This document shows positions 22,868-30,626 of a DNA stretch of 32,000 nt, piece after piece; position 1 is the stretch's first letter, and every line of letters starts with the position of its first letter. The notes under the pieces are model-generated. The model saw only the letters and a program-made list of their open reading frames with translations, did not search any database and had not been told where the DNA came from. The position numbers were made by a program, and so were the translations under genes. Source of the stretch: Ktedonobacterales bacterium (lineage in GTDB: Bacteria; Chloroflexota; Ktedonobacteria; Ktedonobacterales; JADMIN01); NCBI GenBank assembly GCA_030167145.1, contig CP126532.1, forward strand, positions 3,630,001-3,662,000, in the 5' to 3' direction.

Positions 22868-23773
22868 ATGCCAGACACCGCGCTGGATGAAATCGTCCTC
22901 TCCCGCTTTCAAGCGCAGCCGCTGCTGGCCGCCCGCGCGGCGGTGGGCGAGGCAGGGAGCGAGGCAGGTCTCGCCTCTACGGTGGAGGTGTCGCTGGACC
23001 TGGGATTGACGCAAACTGACGTCGCGCTGACGCCGGAGGGAATCGTCTTCCCCAACGGTGCGCGGCTCTCATGGGAGCAGGTGGAGCGCATCCAACGCGC
23101 CGAAGACCAGTGCTTCGAGATTGCCGGGAGCGTAACCCACAGCGAAGCGCGTTCGATCCAGGTCTTTTCTGAGACGACCAACTGGCTCCGCAGCCTGATG
23201 CCCACCGGGCCTACCAGCGCGCCAACCATGCTCGTCGCGGGCTTCCCGATGCACCGCATCAAAGACACCGACCCCTGGCAAGACACGCTGAAGAAGGTCG
23301 CGGCGGCAGGGCCAATCACCGGCGCCGTGCTGGATACCGCCACTGGCCTGGGCTACACCGCCATCGCCGCCGCCCGCACCGCCAGCGCCGTCACCACCAT
23401 CGAGCTAGACCCCGCCGGGTTGGAGGTCGCGCGCCACAATCCCTGGTCCCGCGACCTCTTCGCCAATCCCAAGATTCACCAGATCACCGGCGACGCCTTC
23501 GCAGAGGTGCGCACACTTGGCGATAGCGCGTTTAGCGTGATCCTGCACGACCCACCCACCCTCAGCCTGGCAGGCGACCTCTACTCAGCGGCGTTCTACC
23601 GCGAGCTATGGCGTGTGCTGGCGCGTGGCGGACGGCTCTTCCACTACATCGGCGATCCCACCAGCGCCCTGGGCAAGCGCACCACCGCTGGCGTCACTCG
23701 TCGCCTGCACGACTCCGGGTTCCGCCGCATCATCCCCCACCCCGAAGCCTTCGGCCTCACCGCCATGAAGTAG
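22868..23773 (+). CDS. Class I SAM-dependent methyltransferase (COG2521-like) with an uncharacterised N-terminal domain
   Basis: ATG 22868 lies 5 nt after the crotonase stop. VLDTATGLGYTAI (motif I), TIELDP and ILHDPP (motif IV-like). Confidence 0.75.
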   Translation: MPDTALDEIVLSRFQAQPLLAARAAVGEAGSEAGLASTVEVSLDLGLTQTDVALTPEGIVFPNGARLSWEQVERIQRAEDQCFEIAGSVTHSEARSIQVFSETTNWLRSLMPTGPTSAPTMLVAGFPMHRIKDTDPWQDTLKKVAAAGPITGAVLDTATGLGYTAIAAARTASAVTTIELDPAGLEVARHNPWSRDLFANPKIHQITGDAFAEVRTLGDSAFSVILHDPPTLSLAGDLYSAAFYRELWRVLARGGRLFHYIGDPTSALGKRTTAGVTRRLHDSGFRRIIPHPEAFGLTAMK

Positions 23774-23835
23774 GGGCGTCCAGCGGACGCCCGTGGCACG
23801 GCGGACGCCCGTGTGTCGGTGGGGCGGACATTCCT
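23774..23835. repeat. GGGCGTCC-agc-GGACGCCC hairpin followed by 2 clear (plus 1 doubtful) diverged 18-bp units related to the 21593 array
   Basis: AGCGGACGCCCGTGGCAC (23782-23799), GGCGGACGCCCGTGTGTC (23800-23817), GGTGGGGCGGACATTCCT (23818-23835). The TAG of the GTAGGGGCG leader serves as the methyltransferase stop codon (23771-23773). Confidence 0.7.
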
Positions 23836-23910
23836 GTCTGCCTCTGCCGTTGCCCCTATGGCTGGCGTATGGCACTGGCATTCATGCCCTATCGTCTGTG
23901 CGTCAGCCAT

Positions 23911-25269
23911 TTATGGCCGCGAGGCTTCCTCCCTATCAGCGGCTGGCGCAGGGCGAATCAGCACCTTGTCAATCCGTCGTTCGTCCATATCCACCACCTC
24001 CAGGATCACGTTGCCCACGCGCACACTATCGCCCGCGTTGGGGATGCGCCCCAGCCGCGCCAGGATCACCCCCGCCAGACTGGTATATTCACCGCGCTCG
24101 CTGGCCCGCATCGGCGGCAGATCCTTCACCTGCTCGCGCACGCTCTCATACGCCTCCGTGCCATCCACCAGCCACGTGCCATCCTCGCGCCGCACGATGG
24201 CGCGTCCCTCCTCGACATCATGCTCGTCGGCAATATCGCCCACCAACTCTTCCAGCAAGTCCTCCAGCGTCACCAGCCCCGTCACCTGCCCATACTCATC
24301 GCTGACCAGCGCCATATGTGTACCTTCCATCTGAAAGGTTGCCAGCAGATCCGCGACCGGCTGATGTTCCAGCACAAACGGCGCTGGACGCACAATCTGG
24401 CGCAACGTGTTGGCGTCATCCGCGCCGGTATGCTGCTCCCGCGCCTGCAACAGGTCCTTGACATGCAGGAAGCCCAGCACTTGATCCAGGGTATCTTCAT
24501 AGACCGGCAGCCGCGAATAGCCTGACGCCAGCACCGTCTGGATCACCTCAGACATCGGCATGCTCACCTCTACGGCAACGATCTCACTGCGCGGCGTCAT
24601 CACCTGGCGCACGATACGGTCGGTGAAGCGAAACACTCGCCGGATGAGCTGCGCCTCTTCGGCCTCGACGGTCCCACTGCTCGCGCCTTCCTGGGTGATG
24701 TAGAGAATGTCTTCTTCGGTGACGGACACCGTGTCACTGGCCTGTTGCCGCAGCAGCCGCAATACCAGATTGCTCGACGCCGAGAGCAGCGCGATGATCG
24801 GGCGAGCGGTGCGCGCCAGCGCGCTCATGAACGGCGCGACACGCACAGCGATGTCTTCGGCATGCTGCAATCCCAGCCGCTTCGGCACCAACTCACCCAG
24901 GATCAGCGTGAAGTAGGTAATGAGCGTCACCACAATGGCAAACGAGATCGTGCCCACCAGCCCAGGATTGCCAGCGAACGCCGGGATGCCCATGAGTGCG
25001 GCAGTCAGCGACTCGCTGATGCGTGCGCCACCAAACGCGGCGGCGAGCGTGCTGATCAGCGTGATGCCAATCTGCACCGTCGCCAGAAAGCGATCGGGTT
25101 CCTCCGTGAGCGATAGCGCCTGCTGTGCGGCGCGCTTCCCAGCGTCGGCACGATGTTTCAGGCGCCCCCGCCGCGCCGAAACGATAGCGATCTCAGAGCC
25201 AGAGAAAAACCCGTTGGCAATGATGAGCAGCAGCGTGATGATGATTTCGATAGCCGTGGCGCCAGACAT
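23911..25269 (-). CDS. CNNM/HlyC/CorC-family membrane protein (DUF21-CBS pair-CorC_HlyC)
   Basis: AGGAG RBS, then ATG 25269. N-terminal IIITLLLIIANGFFSGSEIAIVSARR (DUF21). CBS region. C-terminal RIDKVLI transporter-associated domain. Confidence 0.9.
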   Translation of the reverse strand: MSGATAIEIIITLLLIIANGFFSGSEIAIVSARRGRLKHRADAGKRAAQQALSLTEEPDRFLATVQIGITLISTLAAAFGGARISESLTAALMGIPAFAGNPGLVGTISFAIVVTLITYFTLILGELVPKRLGLQHAEDIAVRVAPFMSALARTARPIIALLSASSNLVLRLLRQQASDTVSVTEEDILYITQEGASSGTVEAEEAQLIRRVFRFTDRIVRQVMTPRSEIVAVEVSMPMSEVIQTVLASGYSRLPVYEDTLDQVLGFLHVKDLLQAREQHTGADDANTLRQIVRPAPFVLEHQPVADLLATFQMEGTHMALVSDEYGQVTGLVTLEDLLEELVGDIADEHDVEEGRAIVRREDGTWLVDGTEAYESVREQVKDLPPMRASERGEYTSLAGVILARLGRIPNAGDSVRVGNVILEVVDMDERRIDKVLIRPAPAADREEASRP

Positions 25270-25413
25270 GGGAACACTCCTATCACACACAGGTCGCATA
25301 CGGTTAGTCGCACATTCAAGCCTGCGAGACGCCGTGCTACACACTATGGACGGGACGAAGAGGTAGTTATCCCTGTTCTGGCACATCCTACACCACCGCG
25401 CCTCACCAGTTCA

Positions 25414-26703
25414 TCACCACGCCGCAAGCACGCGCCTCCCCTTGATGGCAAGCTGGAGCGAGAGGCGCAGTTCTGGGTCGTCGAGGTCATGGCCCAGCAA
25501 CTCACGGGCGCGGTTCAGGCGATAGGTCAGCGAATTGCGGTGCAGGTTGAGCCGCGCGGCAGCCTGCGAGAGGTTGCCATTGCACGCAAAGAAAACCTCC
25601 AGCGTTTCGATGAACTCATCGCCGAGCCGCGCATCAGCCAGCAGTGGCGCGAGGGTCCGCTGAACAAATGGGGCGAGGCTGCCAGTCTCGCGCAGCGCCA
25701 GCAACAGCCGGTAGACACCCAGGTCATCGGGGCGGGCGATGCGGCGCGAACCCAGCACCGCGAGGCCGAAGCGAGCGGCGTCGTGCGCTTCGGTGGCGGC
25801 GCGGTGAATCTGCGCGGGCGCGGTCGCCGGTTCGCTCAGCCCAGCGGCCCACGGCACACTCGCATCCACCACCCGCGCCAGCAGGATGCCTGCACGCTCG
25901 GCTAGTTCGTCGAGGCCATGCTCACGTGCGGGGATGGTCAGCAGCGCCTCCACCTGATGCTCGCGCGCCCGCGCCCAGGCGCCCTGCGCGGCGGTGAACT
26001 CTTCGGCAAGCTGCGCGGCGGCGGGATCTGCCCCATGCGGACCGAGCGCGGCGGCGAGCGGCGGCGCGCTGGGGGCCAGGTCTACGACCAGCACCGCATG
26101 CGGCTGAGCCAGGTCGTAGCCAAGCTGTGCGGCACGGGCGCGCATCGCGGCCTCGCCAGCGTAGGTGCCGGTGAGCAACGCTTCCAGGGCTTCGCTGCGC
26201 AGGCTCTCGCGCAGCCGCGCGGTTTCGATGGGATCGGGCGCCGTGACGGCCTGGGGTTGGCGGTCGCGCCGCGCGATGAGATAGGTGATGATGTCGTGCT
26301 CAAGCTCGGCGAGATAGGTTGCGGGGAGCGCCAGCAGCGGCAGCGCCAAGTTGTCCGCTAGCGCCTGCGCTTCTTCTAGTGCGTGCGTCTCATCGGCAGG
26401 CAGGGGCCGCTCGTCGCTGATGCCGCCCAGGATGACGCCAGAGACACCACGTTCGCTCAATTGATGCAAGGCGCCAGGCAGTGTCAGCGTCACCACCTGC
26501 GAGCGCAGCGCACGGAGGGCGGGCAGCGAGATGAGGGCCAGCTCATTGCCCTTGAACGACTCGAAGGCAGGCGGGCGGGCGCGCATCGCACTGACCCAGG
26601 TGACCGGGCGCGCAAGGCCAGCTTCGCCCGCCAGCACGCGCATCTGCCAGCGATGGAGCATGCCGAGCAGTTCACGCACCGTCACCGGGCCATCCGCGTT
26701 CAC
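25414..26703 (-). CDS. PucR/CdaR-family transcriptional regulator (start uncertain)
   Basis: The N-terminal VTVRELLGML...RVLAGEAGLARPVTWVS is PucR N-domain-like. C-terminal HTH NGNLSQAAARLNLHRNSLTYRLNRARELLG. Start guessed at GTG 26703. Confidence 0.85.
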   Translation of the reverse strand: MNADGPVTVRELLGMLHRWQMRVLAGEAGLARPVTWVSAMRARPPAFESFKGNELALISLPALRALRSQVVTLTLPGALHQLSERGVSGVILGGISDERPLPADETHALEEAQALADNLALPLLALPATYLAELEHDIITYLIARRDRQPQAVTAPDPIETARLRESLRSEALEALLTGTYAGEAAMRARAAQLGYDLAQPHAVLVVDLAPSAPPLAAALGPHGADPAAAQLAEEFTAAQGAWARAREHQVEALLTIPAREHGLDELAERAGILLARVVDASVPWAAGLSEPATAPAQIHRAATEAHDAARFGLAVLGSRRIARPDDLGVYRLLLALRETGSLAPFVQRTLAPLLADARLGDEFIETLEVFFACNGNLSQAAARLNLHRNSLTYRLNRARELLGHDLDDPELRLSLQLAIKGRRVLAAW

Positions 26704-26846
26704 GCGCCACACCTCCGAATCGAAACGGCAAAGGAATCCGCGACACCTCAGTATATCGCGCCACATACACGACGCCACCCAATCGGGCGCGAGCCGTCGT
26801 GGGTGGCGTGCTACGTGGTGAATGAAAGGTCAACAGGTAGAGTGGG

Positions 26847-26969
26847 CTAGCGGCGCGGGGTAGTCTGGCGAGCGGGCGCCTGGGTGACGCGCTCGGCGCG
26901 CTTGCGCTCCTTGGCCTTGCGGGCTTTCTTGAGATGTTTGTGCCAGGCGACCCGCTTTGCTTTGTTCAT
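26847..26969 (-). CDS. Unannotated 40-aa highly basic small protein (MNKAKRVAWHKHLKKARKAKERKRAERVTQAPARQTTPRR)
   Basis: Below the ORF-track size cut-off; translated by hand. GGGGAG Shine-Dalgarno about 7 nt upstream of ATG 26969. 32 of 39 codons end in G/C, matching the coding bias of neighbouring genes. 16 of 40 residues are Lys/Arg. Confidence 0.5.
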   Translation of the reverse strand: MNKAKRVAWHKHLKKARKAKERKRAERVTQAPARQTTPRR

Positions 26970-27026
26970 GCAAATCTCCCCTCTCACACATGCTATGGTG
27001 ACAATCGCGCGCTGGGCAGACCCCGA

Positions 27027-27049
27027 CCCCTTCCCTCGTAGGGAAGGGG
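27027..27049. terminator. 10-bp perfect hairpin CCCCTTCCCT-cgt-AGGGAAGGGG between the TPR gene and the small basic ORF
   Basis: Read directly. It contains the GTAGGG leader also seen in the dispersed hairpin family. No U-tract. Confidence 0.45.
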
Positions 27050-27071
27050 CGTATGCTGGGCAGGGCGGTGG

Positions 27072-27878
27072 CTATTCCTCTGGCTCGCGGAACTCCGGCT
27101 CCTCGAACTCAGGCTCGGCGGCCTCTTCTTCGCCATCTTCGTCCTCGTCCTCGTCCTCGTCACCCTCATCGGCTCCGTAATGGATCAGCGAATCGCGCGT
27201 GTAGCCGCGCACCGTCTCGCCGCCTTTGGCGGGGAAACTGACCTTGCCGAACATGTCGGGGTGCTGGAAGGTTTCGCGGATGATGACGCGCACCTCTTTG
27301 TCGCCTAGCTCGGTGATGCCAGCGGCGTATTGATTGCCACTATCCATGAACTTGATCAGCCGGCTGGCTAGCCGTGGCTCGATGCGCCCGATGCGGTCGC
27401 CATTGGCATTGCGCACATACAGCGCGACGCCCTCGCGCTCCAGATAAACCTGGTCGCCTGCGGTGAGGCGTGCGCGGATGGCCCGTGGGGCGAGGTCAAT
27501 CAAGTTCGTGAAGCCCGTCTTGCCAGTCTCTTCGATGAAGAGGCGCGGGTCAATGCGTTCGTGCTTGCCGCGGTTGGTGGCGTCGCTCTCATCAAGCTGC
27601 GAGAGGCGGTCAATGTTCTTGCGGGCGATATTGTTGGTGGGGTCAATCTCCAGTGCCTCGCTATACGCCTGGCGCGCTTCGCTGTAGCGCCCTACTTCGC
27701 TGAGCGCTTTGCCCAGGCGGTTGAGCGTGCTTAGGTCACGTGGCGCGAGTACGAGAAGTCGCTGATTCGCGTCAACGGCTTCTTCCCACTTGCTTTCGAG
27801 CGCCAGCTTAATGGCCTGATCGTAGAGCAGACGGCGCTGGCGCTCCCGCTCTTCTGGCTGATACGCGGTTTGGGTCAT
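27072..27878 (-). CDS. TPR-repeat protein with an uncharacterised beta-rich middle domain and a poly-acidic C-terminal tail
   Basis: GAGGAGAGGA RBS. The N-terminal approximately 95 aa are TPR-like (AIKLALESKWEEAVDANQRLL..., YSEARQAYSEALEIDPTN). The tail is GADEGDEDEDEDEDGEEEAAEPEFEEPEFREPEE. Confidence 0.75.
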   Translation of the reverse strand: MTQTAYQPEERERQRRLLYDQAIKLALESKWEEAVDANQRLLVLAPRDLSTLNRLGKALSEVGRYSEARQAYSEALEIDPTNNIARKNIDRLSQLDESDATNRGKHERIDPRLFIEETGKTGFTNLIDLAPRAIRARLTAGDQVYLEREGVALYVRNANGDRIGRIEPRLASRLIKFMDSGNQYAAGITELGDKEVRVIIRETFQHPDMFGKVSFPAKGGETVRGYTRDSLIHYGADEGDEDEDEDEDGEEEAAEPEFEEPEFREPEE

Positions 27879-27934
27879 CTCGGCGGTGTCCTCTCCTCAG
27901 TGAGCGCCTGATCGCGTGGCGCCAATCGCATATA

Positions 27935-29488
27935 CTATCGCGAGATGAGACGGCCCTGCAACGACCACGGCGTCGTCTTCTCTATCTGTACTATCACCAG
28001 GTCGCCAGGGCGAACCTCGTTGCCCGATGCCCGTCCATCCGATGTCCCCACCGTGCCGGGTTTGACGGCGGGGAAGAAGACGAGCTTGTTGGTGCGGTTG
28101 CGTCCGCGCCATTGATGCTCGCCGTTGGTGACGTGGTGGGATTCGACGAGCACTTCTTCCGCGCGGCCCTGGCTCGCCGCGTTCAGTTCGGTGGCGATGC
28201 GCTCCTGCACGCGCTCGACGGCATGCAGCCGTTCGCGCTTAATATCCAGCGGCACATCGTCTTCCCATTTGAACGAGAGCGTGCCGGGGCGCGGAGAATA
28301 TGCGGCGACATGGACGACATCGAAGCGGATCTCTTCGATCAAGTCAAGGGTATGCTGGAATTCCTCCTCGGTCTCGCCGCAGAAACCGACGATGACATCG
28401 GTGGAGAGCGAGACGCCAGGCCACCAGGCGCGCAGCCGCTCGATCAGCCCGCGATATTCGGTGAGCGTGTAGCCCCGGCGCATGCGCTGGAGCATCGCGT
28501 CGTCGCCATGCTGCACAGGGATGTTGACGTGCTCGCAGACCTTGGGCAGCGCGGCCATCTGCTGGATGATCTTATCGGTCATATGGCGCGGATACGAGGT
28601 CATGAAGCGGATGCGCTCCAAGCCGTCAATCTCGCTGAGGCGCGCCATCAGGTCGCCAAGGTCGGCGTGCTGGTCGGGCAGGTCCAGGCCGTAGGCTTCG
28701 ACGGTCTGGCCGAGCAAGGTCAGTTCGCGTGCGCCAGTCTCGACCAGTTCGTGCGCTTCGATCAGCAGTTCTTCGACGGGGCGGCTGCGCTCACGTCCCC
28801 GGCGCGACGGCACGATGCAGTACGAACAGACTTTATTGCAGCCGAGGATGACCGGCAGCCACGCGGTTGGCTGCGGCGCTTTGCCGCCGCCAACCTGGAT
28901 CGTGGTGGGATAGTGTAGCTCGCGTGCGCCAGGGCGGAAGTTGACCGCCATCGCTTCGTGGTGGCCGTTGCCGCTGGACGTAGGCGCGAGGTCGTGCGCG
29001 CTCACCGTAGGGATCGGCTCCGGTGGCATCGGCAGCACGGGCAGTCGGTCGGAGACGCCGATGGTGCGCGGCGCGCCGAGGTCCGCGAAGTCTATGCAGC
29101 CCTCACCGGCGATGGGCGTCCAGCGGTCTTCCAGGAAGTGCGGCAGGATGTCGGCCTGCTCCACCTTGAAGAAGAGGTCCACCACGGGATAGCGGCGCTT
29201 GAGGTCGTCTACGGTGCGCTGGTTACCGATCATGCAGCCCATCATGGCGACGAGCAGGTCTTCGCGGCGCTTCTTGGCGTGGCCGAGCAACGAGAGTTGG
29301 CCGTGGGCGCGGCGCTCTGGCTGCTCGCGGACACTGCACGTGTTGAGCACGACGAGGTTGGCGGCGTCCATCGCCGGGGTCTCTTCCCAGCCCAGGCGGT
29401 CGAGGATGCTGGCGACGCGCTGCGAGTCGGCCTGGTTCATCTGGCAGCCGACGGTCCAGATGTGATATTTGCCTTTGGCGACGCTCAT
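27935..29488 (-). CDS. miaB: tRNA-i6A37 methylthiotransferase MiaB (radical SAM)
   Basis: N-terminal YHIWTVGCQMNQADS (UPF0004 domain), radical-SAM CNKVCSYCIVP, and a C-terminal TRAM-like GDLVIVQIEK. Confidence 0.9.
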   Translation of the reverse strand: MSVAKGKYHIWTVGCQMNQADSQRVASILDRLGWEETPAMDAANLVVLNTCSVREQPERRAHGQLSLLGHAKKRREDLLVAMMGCMIGNQRTVDDLKRRYPVVDLFFKVEQADILPHFLEDRWTPIAGEGCIDFADLGAPRTIGVSDRLPVLPMPPEPIPTVSAHDLAPTSSGNGHHEAMAVNFRPGARELHYPTTIQVGGGKAPQPTAWLPVILGCNKVCSYCIVPSRRGRERSRPVEELLIEAHELVETGARELTLLGQTVEAYGLDLPDQHADLGDLMARLSEIDGLERIRFMTSYPRHMTDKIIQQMAALPKVCEHVNIPVQHGDDAMLQRMRRGYTLTEYRGLIERLRAWWPGVSLSTDVIVGFCGETEEEFQHTLDLIEEIRFDVVHVAAYSPRPGTLSFKWEDDVPLDIKRERLHAVERVQERIATELNAASQGRAEEVLVESHHVTNGEHQWRGRNRTNKLVFFPAVKPGTVGTSDGRASGNEVRPGDLVIVQIEKTTPWSLQGRLISR

Positions 29489-30117
29489 GAGGCGCCTCCC
29501 GCTGCTTTGGCGGCAGTGACCGGTTTTGCCGGTTTCGCGATAGTGGCTGGGCGCTCATGATGTTCAGCCGTGGCGGATGTGCCATTCTTGCCGTCTTTCG
29601 AGCGCCGTGCTGTTGTCTTTTCGACTTCAGCCTCTTCGATGATCTCATCAGGTTCGACATCGCGCACCTTGTCAGGTGGAATGTGATCTATGAAGAGGAT
29701 GCCGTCGAGGTGGTCAATCTCGTGTTGCAACACGCGGGCGAACCAGCCTTCGGCCTTGACGCGAATCTCTTTGCCCTTGGGGTCGCGCGCTTTGACGACC
29801 ACGGAAGCGGCGCGTGGCACATCGTCGCCAACCACGCCAGGGATGCTGAGGCAGCCTTCCGTGCCGAGCAGTATCTCGTCGCTCTTCTTCAGGATTTCAG
29901 GGTTGACGAGCGCGACATGCTCATCTTCGTATTCGGCGACAAGCACGCGAATGGATTCGCCAATCTGCGGCGCGGCGAGGCCAACGCCAGGGGCGGCGCG
30001 CATCGTTTCCCACATATCATTGACGAGACGTTCGATGTAGGCGTCGAAGCGAGAAACCTTCTTCGCTTTCCTGCGAAGGGCGGGATGCTCCATTGTGTGG
30101 ATTTTTCGTAGTGCCAT
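29485..30117 (-). CDS. def: Peptide deformylase with a roughly 40-aa basic/Ala-rich C-terminal extension
   Basis: GVGLAAPQIG, EGCLSIPG and HEIDHLDG motifs. The stop overlaps the miaB ATG in an ATGA (29485-29488). Confidence 0.9.
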   Translation of the reverse strand: MALRKIHTMEHPALRRKAKKVSRFDAYIERLVNDMWETMRAAPGVGLAAPQIGESIRVLVAEYEDEHVALVNPEILKKSDEILLGTEGCLSIPGVVGDDVPRAASVVVKARDPKGKEIRVKAEGWFARVLQHEIDHLDGILFIDHIPPDKVRDVEPDEIIEEAEVEKTTARRSKDGKNGTSATAEHHERPATIAKPAKPVTAAKAAGGAS

Positions 30118-30573
30118 ATGCCGACCCCACTGCTTGTCGCTAGCCTGTTGCGGCTCACTCTATCGCCGCCCAGATAAGAGATATACGTGCCGGATAGACG
30201 CGCATGCGTCAACACATCGCGGCTTGGGCGCTTCGTCCGTGCGTCCCGCCTGATAGAGTCCGTGCTGTGGCGCGCTGGTCGCAGAGGCGTTCGCTGCCGG
30301 AAAATTGCGGGCAAAATGCCTTGAATCGCCCACGTACTATAGACATGGAAGCGCGATGATGTCAAGCGAATTGCCGGGTTACGCGAGGCTCAGAATTTCT
30401 GCGCCGCCACCTGATGGAAGCGCGCACCGCACTCCACTGCTCGCTTGCCACACAGAGTGTCCGCTTGGCAACGAGGAGATAGATTCGACTATACTCATCT
30501 CTGGGCGCAGGTCACTCGTAGTGTTCGAGATGGCGCACGTGCGAATCCGTGCGGCGGCATGAATCCATTGTAG

Positions 30574-30592
30574 GGGCGCATGGTGTGCGCCC
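30574..30592. repeat. Variant member of the GTAGGGGCG hairpin family: GGGCGCA-tggtg-TGCGCCC
   Basis: TTGTAGGGGCGCATGGTGTGCGCCC read directly, 35 nt upstream of the paralog-B start codon. Confidence 0.5.
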
Positions 30593-30626
30593 GTCTCGCG
30601 GTCTCATTCCCAAGGAGCTGAACACG

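Noticed and set aside
26884-27180. 98-aa plus-strand ORF ending in a poly-Ser tract
   Set aside because: The poly-Ser tract is the antisense reading of the GAA/GAC-rich acidic tail of the TPR gene. The 5' part is antisense to the small basic ORF.
30305-30562. 85-aa plus-strand ORF in the def/metallophosphoesterase intergenic region
   Set aside because: It uses a non-ATG start, has no RBS, lies in a lower-GC region without codon-position GC bias, and has no recognisable motifs.
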